In this document: one piece after another, positions 25,757 to 35,533 of the stretch
Numbering within the stretch: position 1 is the stretch's first letter
How the letters are laid out: each line of letters starts with the position of its first letter
Source of the DNA: a virus
DNA: 47,741 nucleotides
Reading direction: 5' to 3' (one strand)
IMG/VR virus record: IMGVR_UViG_3300011008_000125
Program-made: the position numbers and the translations under genes
Notes under the pieces: generated by a model
The model's database searches: none
What the model saw: the letters and a program-made list of their open reading frames with translations, nothing else
Told to the model about the DNA's origin: nothing

Positions 25757-27649
25757 TTACCCCCTTATGAACACTTTCAAGTTCTTGCCGTTCACTTTCC
25801 GCTGAACCGACCTGAAGCCGGTTCTTTTGTTCAGCTGCTTGCTGAACACCGTGTTTGACATTGGCTGCATACCGTTGTCAGCACAGAATATCTGATACCG
25901 CCGGTACACTTCAGCCGTTGGCTGATTCAGGATGGTTCCGGCTTCATTTTCCTTCAGGAACCCAACCAGCGGGTTGTTTTCTTCTTCATATTCATCAAGC
26001 TGTTCCTGAACCTTACCTGACTGTGTGAATTCCTGATTTTCAATGACGCGCTGCAACCCGGCAACACCAAGCCTTATCAGGTATTCTGCCGCGTCCTGTT
26101 CCACAAGCTTATACTTAATCATTGCGTCATAGTCCGGGTCAGCCTTGCTGAAGGTGTGGTTGAACGGGATGATGACCAACCGCCTAAGTACAGCGCCGGT
26201 CTTGTCCCGCATCCGGGGTATATCGTTGGCGCTGAACAGCATCTTGACATACGGGTTGAATTCAAACGGGGTCATGCCCTTGTATTCACCCTTGATCCGG
26301 TTGCCGGTTGCCACCTTCTTGAACATTGCCACCTGTGACCCTTGCAAGAAATCATCACCGATGTCATCACCGATGTTGGCAAGCTTTCCAAAAATCATTG
26401 CTGTGTTGAAGCGGTCACCAAGTTCCTTCAGGTCAAGCGCGGCAATGTTCCGTTCACCAAGCACATTCTTCACCATGTCAAGGAACGTTGACTTGCCGTT
26501 TGCCCGGTCACCTGTCAGAATGAACGCCTTGCCCAATTCGTTGCGGCGGTAAAAGCAGTATCCAATGCATTCTTCCAGAAGTGACCGGATTGCTTCATCA
26601 CCGCAAGCAAGCTTGTTCAGCGTTTTGTCAGCAAGTTCACAGTACGCATCCGGCACATAGTCCCACGGTATCAGGTTGGTCAGCACCGTTTCCGGGCTGT
26701 ATGGCTGCATGGTTCCGGTTGTGATGTCCAGCACACCGTTCCTGAATCCGATGTACCGCGCATCTGACGGTTGCAGTTCATCAGCAATCAGCCGTAAATA
26801 CTTCATGACTTCATTGCGCTGTGTCTGCTTTAAGAATGGGATGGTCTGAATCATTTCAGCTTCAATCCGTTCCGGGTCTGAATCATACACGCCGTCACGG
26901 TATATATGCAGCTGGTCATTGATCTTCACCACATGACTGTTCTGCTTCATCCAGTGTGCGAACTTGTCAAACTGGAAGGTGCTGCCGATGAAGAACACCG
27001 GCTTTTGAAACGCGTCATCCCTAAGAATGGTTTCAAGTTCAGATTCTTCAAGCGGTTCCTTCAGCACATATTGGTTCATCAGCCGGATGCATTCACGGGT
27101 TTCTTCCACCGTCATGCCGTTGCCGGTCAGGGTTAAAATGTACTTAAACAGCGCGTCATTCCGTCCGTCCCCGGCTTCCATATCCACAAAATCAGCGGAT
27201 GTCTTGACCGGAATCAACCACTTTGGAAGTTCCTGATATTCCGCACCCGGTTCAATGTCCCATTCTATGAAGCGTTCCACGCCGCCAATCTTGATGACTT
27301 CATAGCTGGTTTTTGATCCCAGCTTAATGTCAGCCGTCAGACCGACCGCAAGCGGAACGTGCGTCCTGTTCCGGGTGACCGCGCCGGTCTTGTTCTTAAA
27401 CAGGAAGTGCTTTCCGCGTGTGGTCTGGTAGACGCGGCAGTTCAGCTGAAGCTGTTCAACAATGTTCATCAGTTTTTCAGCCTGTTCACCGTCATCTACG
27501 TCAATCAGGATGGTGTCATCAGCAAGCATCCCGGCATAACCGTCATAACCTTGCACCTGTTCAAGGGTACTGAACTGTGTACGCCCTCTAAGGGTTTCCA
27601 TGCTTCTTTTATCTTTAGTTCTGATATAACCTTTATACAGTGTTGTCAT
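25757..27649 (-). CDS. Primase-helicase (prim-pol N-terminus plus P4/D5-type SF3 helicase)
   Basis: ILIDVDD is in the N-terminal domain and the Walker A motif is LTGDRANGKST. The start was set at the ATG at 27649 (MTTLYKGY), which has a poly-G RBS. Confidence 0.8.
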   Translation of the reverse strand: MTTLYKGYIRTKDKRSMETLRGRTQFSTLEQVQGYDGYAGMLADDTILIDVDDGEQAEKLMNIVEQLQLNCRVYQTTRGKHFLFKNKTGAVTRNRTHVPLAVGLTADIKLGSKTSYEVIKIGGVERFIEWDIEPGAEYQELPKWLIPVKTSADFVDMEAGDGRNDALFKYILTLTGNGMTVEETRECIRLMNQYVLKEPLEESELETILRDDAFQKPVFFIGSTFQFDKFAHWMKQNSHVVKINDQLHIYRDGVYDSDPERIEAEMIQTIPFLKQTQRNEVMKYLRLIADELQPSDARYIGFRNGVLDITTGTMQPYSPETVLTNLIPWDYVPDAYCELADKTLNKLACGDEAIRSLLEECIGYCFYRRNELGKAFILTGDRANGKSTFLDMVKNVLGERNIAALDLKELGDRFNTAMIFGKLANIGDDIGDDFLQGSQVAMFKKVATGNRIKGEYKGMTPFEFNPYVKMLFSANDIPRMRDKTGAVLRRLVIIPFNHTFSKADPDYDAMIKYKLVEQDAAEYLIRLGVAGLQRVIENQEFTQSGKVQEQLDEYEEENNPLVGFLKENEAGTILNQPTAEVYRRYQIFCADNGMQPMSNTVFSKQLNKRTGFRSVQRKVNGKNLKVFIRG

Positions 27650-27669
27650 GGGTGTTACCCCCCCCACGG

Positions 27670-28167
27670 TTACAACAGCACCGCGAAGCGGTCAATTCTG
27701 TCTTTCATCCGTTTCCGGGATTCAAAATCATTCTTAGCATCACGCATTTCACGCTTCATGCGGTTCAGTTCTTCCTTAAATTCTTTCAATTCTTCATTGC
27801 GCTGTTCCAGCTGATTGCCTATGACCGCCCATTGCGGGTTGTTGCGCTTCAGCTTCTTTCTGTAGGCTTTCAGCTTGATGATGTAAGCAACAAGTTCATC
27901 CTTCTGCCGTTTGGCAAGGTTCACTTTGCTTTCCAGCGCCACATAGATGTTTGCTGCTTCCTTCTGTTTCGGTTTGTAGTCATCATTGAATTCTTCAAAG
28001 TATGCCTGAATCTGTTCAATGACTTCATCAACCTGTTCACTTTCCCTGACGCACTTAACCAGTTTCTTGAACTGTGCCGCTGTACAGTCTTTAAAAAACT
28101 GATCCAGATGCACCGTCATTTCACCCTTGCTTTCATGGTTCCATGAAAATTTAATTTCATCTGTCAT
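27670..28167 (-). CDS. Hypothetical coiled-coil protein
   Basis: The ORF was trimmed to MTDEIKFSWNHE, giving an ATGA overlap with the polymerase stop. Confidence 0.55.
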   Translation of the reverse strand: MTDEIKFSWNHESKGEMTVHLDQFFKDCTAAQFKKLVKCVRESEQVDEVIEQIQAYFEEFNDDYKPKQKEAANIYVALESKVNLAKRQKDELVAYIIKLKAYRKKLKRNNPQWAVIGNQLEQRNEELKEFKEELNRMKREMRDAKNDFESRKRMKDRIDRFAVLL

Positions 28168-30089
28168 ACACTCACCCCGAACGCCTTTAAGCGTTTTTTC
28201 ACCATATCTATGTACCATCCACGGTCAAGCCATGCCGGAACCTTTACCCCGTCCATTTTTTCATTCACCACCTTGCAGTGATCCGGGGTATTGCCGAACT
28301 TTTCAGGCTTTCCGCGCTTGCCACCGGCACGAAGCAGCCGCCCGTCATGAAGGTCATTGGAAGCAAACACCCGGTATGACTTATATGTGTACCTGTGCGT
28401 TTCCGGGTATTCATACCAATACTTGATGACCCTGACACCCTTCTGCCGCCGGACGGGTTCACACTGTTCATGTTCCACCCACTTGTAATTGTCTGACAAC
28501 TTGACCACCTTCTGAAACTGAATCAGGTCTTCACATTCATTGATGGTCTTTTCAACCGGCACACCGTGCGCCATGTATTCAACAAGCGCATTCCTGACTA
28601 TGGGCAAATCATTGTCCGTCCGGCTGGTTTCCTTCACATAGTCACCGCACCGTTCAATACCGCCGTCAATGTCCACCCAAAGGTAATTGTTCACGTCCTT
28701 CTGATAAATCTTTGCTATGCAGTCCAGCGCAAGCAGTATTTCACACTTGTCCGTGCTGCAACGGCATTCCCATTCATAACAGATGTCATCCAGCTGCCGG
28801 AACGCTTCATCAGTGTTTGGGACTTTGACAATCAGTCCGTCCGTGTTTGACTGAATCAGGATGAATCCGGGTATGGCTTCCAGATGTTCAATCAGGTCAA
28901 GCAGCATAAGCTGACCGTTGATGCACATACAGTTATTGTTCCGTGGGTCATATGCCGGGTTGGTTGCGTCCTTCATTGCCCCTGACAAGGCGTTCAGCAT
29001 CTTCTTATACGGCAGCTGTGCCTTTTTCCAATGCTTCTTTTCAGCCTTGTCCTGTGCCGCCTGTTGTTTCAGCTTCAGGGCTTTCCGGGTCTGGTACACC
29101 TTGTCATAATTCGTGTTGGTTGCCGATCTGGTTACCAAGTCCCACGCAAGCAGCATGGAAGGATAGTAGTTATTCACATCAACGTGGTATATAGCCCCTT
29201 CATAATGAACCGGCGTTGCAGCCGCACCGTGAAGACCGCCAAAACCAAAGGTGTGCGGGATACCGGCAACGTCCACGGTCAAAGACTGGTTGTAAAAATC
29301 CCTTTTTATCTGGAAGTCATCAACCGCAATCCCACGGTCACGCATGTCATAAATCGGCTGCATGGTGTACTGCATTTCCGTCCGCTTCTGTGCGAACCAT
29401 TCCACCACATGCTTATACTTTTTGATCCGCAAGCACGGAAGGAAAAAGAAATCAAATTCATCCGTGTACTTCTGCCGCTGACAACCCAGCACACGCGCCG
29501 TAATCCGGGCTTCAGAATCACCGATGTTGGAAAGGTTCACCTGATCCGGGAACGCCTGAACAATGCCTTGCATAGCGTTGAAATCATCTATCTTTTCCAT
29601 GAACACCTTTATGGTTTCTTCCACATCATGGGTGCAATAGAAGATGGTTTGTTCAATTTCTTCCGGGGTCAGCTTCCTGTCAATGTCAAAAGGCACTTCC
29701 GTTTCCCGGATGTCCGAACCAAGGAACGCTTCAAGGGTCTTCAGTCCAACCGGCGGGTTTGGCATGACATCATAGTTAATCATGGGTATCTGATTGAAAG
29801 CACTACTGAATTGCCACCCTTCACCGCCAAGAACAATGATGTAATCATTTATTTCTTTGGGATTCATCCCCAACAGGATGCCCTTGAAAATGTATTGGTC
29901 ATAGTGCTTGTTGTTGAAGCCCACCCAAATGCCTTTGCTGTTGGCTTCATAAAGTGCTTTCAGCCTTTCAGGGTCATTGACAATCACGTGCTTTTCTTCC
30001 TTGATAGGGTCAATGCCGACCGTCAGCCAATCGTATTTGAAAACTTCAAAATCATAAAATATCACGCCGTCACCGCCCTTCAGAAACAC
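28164..30089 (-). CDS. Family B DNA polymerase (phage type)
   Basis: The motif A-like sequence is HVDVNNYYPSML and the motif C-like sequence is QSNTDGLIV. An N-terminal exonuclease-like FYDFEV is present. The start is uncertain: either the GTG at 30089 or the GTG near 30068. Confidence 0.7.
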   Translation of the reverse strand: MFLKGGDGVIFYDFEVFKYDWLTVGIDPIKEEKHVIVNDPERLKALYEANSKGIWVGFNNKHYDQYIFKGILLGMNPKEINDYIIVLGGEGWQFSSAFNQIPMINYDVMPNPPVGLKTLEAFLGSDIRETEVPFDIDRKLTPEEIEQTIFYCTHDVEETIKVFMEKIDDFNAMQGIVQAFPDQVNLSNIGDSEARITARVLGCQRQKYTDEFDFFFLPCLRIKKYKHVVEWFAQKRTEMQYTMQPIYDMRDRGIAVDDFQIKRDFYNQSLTVDVAGIPHTFGFGGLHGAAATPVHYEGAIYHVDVNNYYPSMLLAWDLVTRSATNTNYDKVYQTRKALKLKQQAAQDKAEKKHWKKAQLPYKKMLNALSGAMKDATNPAYDPRNNNCMCINGQLMLLDLIEHLEAIPGFILIQSNTDGLIVKVPNTDEAFRQLDDICYEWECRCSTDKCEILLALDCIAKIYQKDVNNYLWVDIDGGIERCGDYVKETSRTDNDLPIVRNALVEYMAHGVPVEKTINECEDLIQFQKVVKLSDNYKWVEHEQCEPVRRQKGVRVIKYWYEYPETHRYTYKSYRVFASNDLHDGRLLRAGGKRGKPEKFGNTPDHCKVVNEKMDGVKVPAWLDRGWYIDMVKKRLKAFGVSV

Positions 30090-30129
30090 GGCGGTCAGCC
30101 CGATCTGACCGACCGCCGCGCCGAATCAC

Positions 30130-30654
30130 TTACATGTCATAGACTTCTTCAATGCTGAACCACCGGTTTGCCTTATACGGCTGGTTGGTTGCCGGGTTGA
30201 TTTTGGTCTGTTCCTGAACCGTGTAATTCAGGTCATAGCACAGCTTTCCCTGAATCGCCTGAAACAGGTCAATCACGTAGTCAGCTGCAACGGACAAATC
30301 CTGTGTCAGGTTATAAAGGATGCTGTTTTCATCAACTTCACCGTCCGTCATCTGTGACAACAGCTGTGCGGATGCCCGGTAACCGGAATCAATCTTGTTG
30401 TTGAAGGTTCCGTTATAGAAGATGTGCTGACCCTTGTGGTCACCGTCCGTGATCTTGAAATCAATGTTCAGCCGGTCAAAATCACCGAACTTGCCGCCGG
30501 TCACGTGGCTAACTTCCATCTTTACCACTTCAACCGGGTATGTCCCGGAAGGAACGTCCGTAAACTGACCGTTACCGGCAACATAGTCCTTTTCCATCTG
30601 TTCAATCTGCTTTGTGTTCAGAGTTTCCTTGAATGCGCTGAAATCAATAGCCAT
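30130..30654 (-). CDS. DUF669-like phage ssDNA-binding-type protein
   Basis: 174 aa. It sits between the AAA ATPase and the polymerase, which is the typical arrangement. Confidence 0.5.
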   Translation of the reverse strand: MAIDFSAFKETLNTKQIEQMEKDYVAGNGQFTDVPSGTYPVEVVKMEVSHVTGGKFGDFDRLNIDFKITDGDHKGQHIFYNGTFNNKIDSGYRASAQLLSQMTDGEVDENSILYNLTQDLSVAADYVIDLFQAIQGKLCYDLNYTVQEQTKINPATNQPYKANRWFSIEEVYDM

Positions 30655-30678
30655 GTTTTATTACCTTCCTTTCACTTG

Positions 30679-31902
30679 TTAGACATTTCTTACACGTCTG
30701 GTTCTGACACGCTGTTCCGGCGGGTTCATAGCACCTTCCACCGGGTTCTGACCTTCCTGTGCAATGCGCTTGATTCCTTCACCAAATTCCTGTTCAGAAA
30801 TCACCTGTGCGCCGTCCGGGATGGGGTCACCGGCGTGTTTCTTCACATAGTTGTCTGTTGCCGGGATGTAAAAATAGGTATCCACTTCACAGATGTTGGA
30901 CGGTTCCGGCGGCGTGACGGCACGTTCACGGCGTGTTCGGCGCGGCACGGGTTCCAGTTCCGGCGCTGGTACAGCGTCCATTGCCTTTTCAGCTTCTTCA
31001 AACGGTACACTGTCCCGGTCACCGGCAATTTCAGCAACCGCGTCCATCTGTGCGTGTGTGTATGCATCAACCTTTGCCTTGTTGTCAGCAATGATCTGTT
31101 CACGGGTCTTTTCCTGTGGCGGGTCACCGACTATTGCGCCGGTTCCCGTGTCCACTTCCGCAACCGTGTCCTTCTTCTTCTTTGACCGGGAACGTCTGCC
31201 GCTTTCAGCCGGTTTTTCAACCTGTGCGGCAGATGCAGCCGCGTCTTCAGCTTCCATTTCAGCATCAGACTTGAAGTCACCGACTTCATAATAATTGCGG
31301 ATCTTGTTAGCCACATAATTCAGGTCATTGTCAATGGCGTATGTGGGGAACATGCCCAAAGGTGACTTCACAGTGTCCTTGCCGCTGTTCTGTGTCAGGA
31401 AGTAGTATTTTCCTTCACTGACGGAAGTACGAAGCACCACCGTAAACAGTCCTTCAATGGTGATCTTTTCACGAAGCAGCTTACCAATCAGCTTCACCGT
31501 GGTCAGTCCGTTGTCAAGCGTTTCCAGATGGGTCATATAGGCAACAACCACGTCTTCCGGGATTTCCTTGCAGACTTCAATGATGTCAAAATAGTTTGCG
31601 CCAAAATCGTTGTACTTGTCCCATCCTGATTCTTTGATACGGTTCATGTACGGAACAGCAAGGATATACTGGACGTCATCAACCACAATCAGCTTCTTTC
31701 CGGCAGCTGCCTGTTCTTTCATGAACTTTGTGATGCTTCTGGAATCCGTCACGCTGTTCAGCATGGTGAACTTGCCTGAACCCTTGAACGGCAGCGCTTT
31801 CCCAACCGGGTTGACCACGGCGGTCTTTGCCGGGTCACAGTTCCGAAGTGACGTTGATTTCCCTGTTCCAGATTCACCCATAATCAAAAGTTTCTGTGCC
31901 AT
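30679..31902 (-). CDS. P-loop ATPase (AAA_24/Sak4-like) with charged C-terminal extension
   Basis: The Walker A motif is MGESGTGKST, and VVDD is Walker B-like. Confidence 0.65.
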   Translation of the reverse strand: MAQKLLIMGESGTGKSTSLRNCDPAKTAVVNPVGKALPFKGSGKFTMLNSVTDSRSITKFMKEQAAAGKKLIVVDDVQYILAVPYMNRIKESGWDKYNDFGANYFDIIEVCKEIPEDVVVAYMTHLETLDNGLTTVKLIGKLLREKITIEGLFTVVLRTSVSEGKYYFLTQNSGKDTVKSPLGMFPTYAIDNDLNYVANKIRNYYEVGDFKSDAEMEAEDAAASAAQVEKPAESGRRSRSKKKKDTVAEVDTGTGAIVGDPPQEKTREQIIADNKAKVDAYTHAQMDAVAEIAGDRDSVPFEEAEKAMDAVPAPELEPVPRRTRRERAVTPPEPSNICEVDTYFYIPATDNYVKKHAGDPIPDGAQVISEQEFGEGIKRIAQEGQNPVEGAMNPPEQRVRTRRVRNV

Positions 31903-32103
31903 TTATTTCACCCTGTCCTTTCTTAATCTTTCAAAGTTTGCCGCCATCTGTGCGCTGACGTTGCTGTGTCCGAACTTTGCAGCGCACTGGTTTCGCATGA
32001 CTTCACGCACAAGCCGCCTGTTGTAGACGGGAACCGGCTTGTACACCTTGCCCTTGTTTTCATTCACCATCTGTTTCACCACCTTCCTGTGTGCCGCCTT
32101 CAA
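31903..32103 (-). CDS. Small basic hypothetical protein
   Basis: 66-aa ORF in an operon context. Confidence 0.45.
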   Translation of the reverse strand: MKAAHRKVVKQMVNENKGKVYKPVPVYNRRLVREVMRNQCAAKFGHSNVSAQMAANFERLRKDRVK

Positions 32104-32986
32104 TCACGTGGGATGACCACATGTCAGCCATGTGAATAATCAGGTACAGCGGCGTTTCATGTCCCTTGATGCCATAATTGGCGGTCACATACAGCCCGTC
32201 ATGGAATCTGACGGCGTGTCTTTCTTCTTCCGTCAGGTCAATGAAGCGGTTGATGATTTCCAGTGACCTAACCGCGTGGTCATCCGGGTCAAGCAGTTCC
32301 TTGTTGTGCTTCCACGGCTTTGCTTCAGACACCTTGCCGGACTTCAGCACGTTGGGAATGTACATCTGCTTTCCACGGTCACCGCACTTGCCCACATCGT
32401 GAAGCAGCGCCGCGATAACCACTGAATCATGAATCTTGTTGTAATCAGCACCGCCATACAGCGCCACGCCAATCTTTTCAGCCGTGAACATGACGTTCAG
32501 GCTGTGTTCCGCAAGCCCACCTTCACCATTGCTATGGTTTGCGCCTGATGCCGGGGCTGTGAAAAACCCGATCTGTTCAAGGTAGTCACACAGAATGTCC
32601 ACACCTTCACGCTTTGTGCGCTTCAGGGCTTCCACAATCGTGCCTTTCACGTCATGCTTAACTTCCTGTGTCTGTTCCGCTGCAACGGTTTCAGCCTTTT
32701 TCTTTGTTGCCATAGTTTTGTTCATCCTTTCCTTGTGTTTATTCCAGATTGCGACCGCTTCATACATGAAGGTGGTTGCAATAAGTTCCTTGCCATCAAT
32801 CCACACGTGGTATACCGGCGCTTTATAGTAGGTGTGACCGCCTTGTTCATACGGCGTGGTGGTCACATACATTGCCGTGTCAGCTTCACCTTCCAGCCGC
32901 TTCACTTCCGTATGGAATTCTTCACAGCTTTTCACCCATAGTTCAAACTGTTCAGATGTACGCTGACTGAAAGTTTCTGTTCCCAT
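32060..32986 (-). CDS. HD-domain phosphohydrolase with N-terminal unknown domain
   Basis: LLHDVGKCGD is present, and HMADMW appears later. The start is uncertain because of a 55-nt overlap with the upstream gene. Confidence 0.6.
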   Translation of the reverse strand: MGTETFSQRTSEQFELWVKSCEEFHTEVKRLEGEADTAMYVTTTPYEQGGHTYYKAPVYHVWIDGKELIATTFMYEAVAIWNKHKERMNKTMATKKKAETVAAEQTQEVKHDVKGTIVEALKRTKREGVDILCDYLEQIGFFTAPASGANHSNGEGGLAEHSLNVMFTAEKIGVALYGGADYNKIHDSVVIAALLHDVGKCGDRGKQMYIPNVLKSGKVSEAKPWKHNKELLDPDDHAVRSLEIINRFIDLTEEERHAVRFHDGLYVTANYGIKGHETPLYLIIHMADMWSSHVIEGGTQEGGETDGE

Positions 32987-33339
32987 TCCTTACGCACCTT
33001 TCTGAAATGCTCATATTCCGGTAAATCAGCGGGTGAAATGCGCTCATACAGCGTCAGCTTGTGAATCAGCGCCGCGAAGATGTTGATGTCATCCGGGTAA
33101 AGCAGTATACCCACACCCCCGGCTTCATCCAGTTTCCGCAAGCTGTACAGCTGCAATTCTGCCGGTCTGCCGGTCTTACCCTTCAGTTCAACCCCGATGA
33201 AGCGCCCACGGCAGCACACCAACAGGTCAGGAATCCCGGCTTTTGTGTATGATCCACCGCCCCAATACTTGATGAACCAGCATCCTTCAGCATGAAGGAA
33301 TTTCTTCACCCGGTTTTCAAAATTCTTTTCATCAGCCAT
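32932..33339 (-). CDS. VRR-NUC domain nuclease
   Basis: GIPDLLVCCRGRFIGVELKGKTGRPAELQ matches the PD-(D/E)xK pattern. Confidence 0.7.
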   Translation of the reverse strand: MADEKNFENRVKKFLHAEGCWFIKYWGGGSYTKAGIPDLLVCCRGRFIGVELKGKTGRPAELQLYSLRKLDEAGGVGILLYPDDINIFAALIHKLTLYERISPADLPEYEHFRKVRKEWEQKLSVSVHLNSLNYG

Positions 33340-33544
33340 AACCGTCCACCTCTAAATCACTGACTTTTACGGTCTTCCGCAACTTCATGTATTCCTTCAG
33401 CGGCAGTCCCATTGAATCAGCCGCACATTTCAGCGCGTGTTTCTTGTTACCGAATGACCCCATGACCGGAACATACGGATAACCAGCCATGTGACAGTAA
33501 TACTGACCGCCTTTTTCTTTGCTGACCACATACGATAATTTCAT
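33332..33544 (-). CDS. Hypothetical small protein
   Basis: 70-aa ORF, translationally coupled. Confidence 0.5.
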   Translation of the reverse strand: MKLSYVVSKEKGGQYYCHMAGYPYVPVMGSFGNKKHALKCAADSMGLPLKEYMKLRKTVKVSDLEVDGYG

Positions 33545-34194
33545 GATTTCTTCCTTGCCCTTGAAAACTGATGGTTGCCAATCTTGATAAAATCGGTTCC
33601 GTTTACCTTGCCACGGCTGAAGAACACATAACCTTCCGGCAGAATAGTGTTCTGGTTGCCGTTTGCAATCACTTCCGCAATGGCATCCGTCTGTGTCTGG
33701 TTTGGTGTGTTATATGGTTTGTTCCGATACTCCCACGTTGCAAACTGATTTTTCTGTGACAGCACGTCATACACCGTGTCAGGGAAATCAGGTGACAGCA
33801 CCCGGTTAAATATGACTTCAACCACGGCTTTCTGACCGTCATACGGTTCATCCTGTGCTTCCATTGCAAGAATCAGACCAAGCAGCCTGAATTCTTCTGA
33901 AGTCATTTCCATTGCAATGTGTTCATAAAGGTTGAACGTTTCCCGTTCCGGTTCAGCGGCGGTTTCTTCCAACGTTTCCAACGCGTTGTGTGTGTTGGAT
34001 TCCGTTTCGCTTTCTATCTGGATGAAGAACGGCGGCGGTTCAACTTCCAGCGCATCAGCCTGTGACGGCACGTCCGTGGTTCCGGCGGCAGACTTACCGC
34101 AAAGGAAACCGATCATAAACACGATCATGCAAACGATGAACACAAAGAACTGAAACTTCAGCCGCCTTTTCACCCTAATTCTTGAATAAGTCAT
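33541..34194 (-). CDS. Membrane-anchored SleB-like cell wall hydrolase
   Basis: An N-terminal TM segment FQFFVFIVCMIVFMIGFLCG is present. The Hydrolase_2-like sequence is AMEAQDEPYDGQKAVVEVIFNRVLSPDFPDTVYDVLSQKNQFATW. Confidence 0.65.
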   Translation of the reverse strand: MTYSRIRVKRRLKFQFFVFIVCMIVFMIGFLCGKSAAGTTDVPSQADALEVEPPPFFIQIESETESNTHNALETLEETAAEPERETFNLYEHIAMEMTSEEFRLLGLILAMEAQDEPYDGQKAVVEVIFNRVLSPDFPDTVYDVLSQKNQFATWEYRNKPYNTPNQTQTDAIAEVIANGNQNTILPEGYVFFSRGKVNGTDFIKIGNHQFSRARKKS

Positions 34195-35533
34195 CTGTTA
34201 AATCCCTTCCTTCCTTCAATGCTTTTAGGTTCTTTACTTCAATACTGTTCTGTACCAGCGGATAGTAATAAAAACATGTCTGATCCTGACCAATCCTGTG
34301 CGTCCGCTTCTTTGACTGTTCCCATAGGTCACAGCTGCCTTTACCAAGCGGAAGCGTGAAATACACTGTGCGCCGTGCTTTCTGGAAGTTGCCGCCCATA
34401 GCACCCGCCTGATACTGAATGAAGGTGATGCTGTTGGATTCCTGTTCATAGGCGTTCAGGTCTTTGGTGCTGCCGTTCAGGATGCTGACCGGTCTGCCGA
34501 TTTCAGCGGCAATCCGCTTCAGGGCTTCCATTTCTGCCGTGAAGTTGTAGAAGACAATCAGCCGGTCTTCCGTGCTTTCAAAGATGTCCCGCATAGCTTT
34601 CAGCTTATCCTTGTGATACTGACCACACAGCTGCCGCGCATAAAGCGTTTTGGTCAGGTTGTTGTCACCTACCAGTTCCACCCGTGGTGTCACATCTTTA
34701 CCAAAGAAATCTGAATCATCATGGAATTCCTGAAAATTCATGGTGTCCAACATCAGGTATCCGCTGTCAATGAACCGCTTGTATTCTTTGGTAGGTTTCA
34801 ACATGATTTTCTGTTCAACCTGATCCGGCAGTGTCAGCACTTCTTCCGTTTTCTTGAACAGCGCACCATGTTCCGCAAGCTTCCGCTTCAGGTGGTCAAC
34901 GTTCTTATACCCGGTCACCACTTCCTGAAGGAACCCGGTTCCGTAATCCACCCAATCCGTGATGATGTATGACCCATAGAAAGCACGTTTTGAAATCTTC
35001 CAGCCCAACAGGTTGCACTGTGACCAAAGCTTTTCATATTTTCCGGCTGTTGGTGTGCCGGATAGAAGTATCACGCTTTCAGGCTTCATCTTCAGCACGT
35101 ACCGTGACCGCTTTGCCCGTTCATTGCTTATCAGTGAAGATTCATCCAGCATCAGGGTGAAGCCGGTCATATGACCGTAATATGAACGCCTGAACAACAA
35201 GTCATAATTGATAACCCCCACAATCATGCCGTCCGTGGTGATGCCTGATTCAGCGTGATTCTTGAATTCCATTGCTGACCGCTTCTTTGTCAGGTCAAAC
35301 GCCTGAATGTCAGGGTAATGGTCTGTGAAGTGCTGCAACCAGTCATCAATTTTGGATTTCTGACAGACAACCAGATTCACATAGTTGTTAAGCAGCCACA
35401 TCTTTTCAGACCCCATGAAGGTTTTCCCAAGACCCATATCATAAAAATATGCAACGTGGTTCTTGTCAGCTGTCAGGTCAAGCGCTTCAGCCTGATGGGG
35501 CATAAGCTTCAGCATATCCTGATTCCGGTACAT
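34175..35533 (-). CDS. SNF2-family helicase
   Basis: Motif I is DMGLGKT and motif II is MLDESS. A C-terminal helicase domain (HRIGQ) is present. Confidence 0.8.
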   Translation of the reverse strand: MYRNQDMLKLMPHQAEALDLTADKNHVAYFYDMGLGKTFMGSEKMWLLNNYVNLVVCQKSKIDDWLQHFTDHYPDIQAFDLTKKRSAMEFKNHAESGITTDGMIVGVINYDLLFRRSYYGHMTGFTLMLDESSLISNERAKRSRYVLKMKPESVILLSGTPTAGKYEKLWSQCNLLGWKISKRAFYGSYIITDWVDYGTGFLQEVVTGYKNVDHLKRKLAEHGALFKKTEEVLTLPDQVEQKIMLKPTKEYKRFIDSGYLMLDTMNFQEFHDDSDFFGKDVTPRVELVGDNNLTKTLYARQLCGQYHKDKLKAMRDIFESTEDRLIVFYNFTAEMEALKRIAAEIGRPVSILNGSTKDLNAYEQESNSITFIQYQAGAMGGNFQKARRTVYFTLPLGKGSCDLWEQSKKRTHRIGQDQTCFYYYPLVQNSIEVKNLKALKEGRDLTDDLFKN

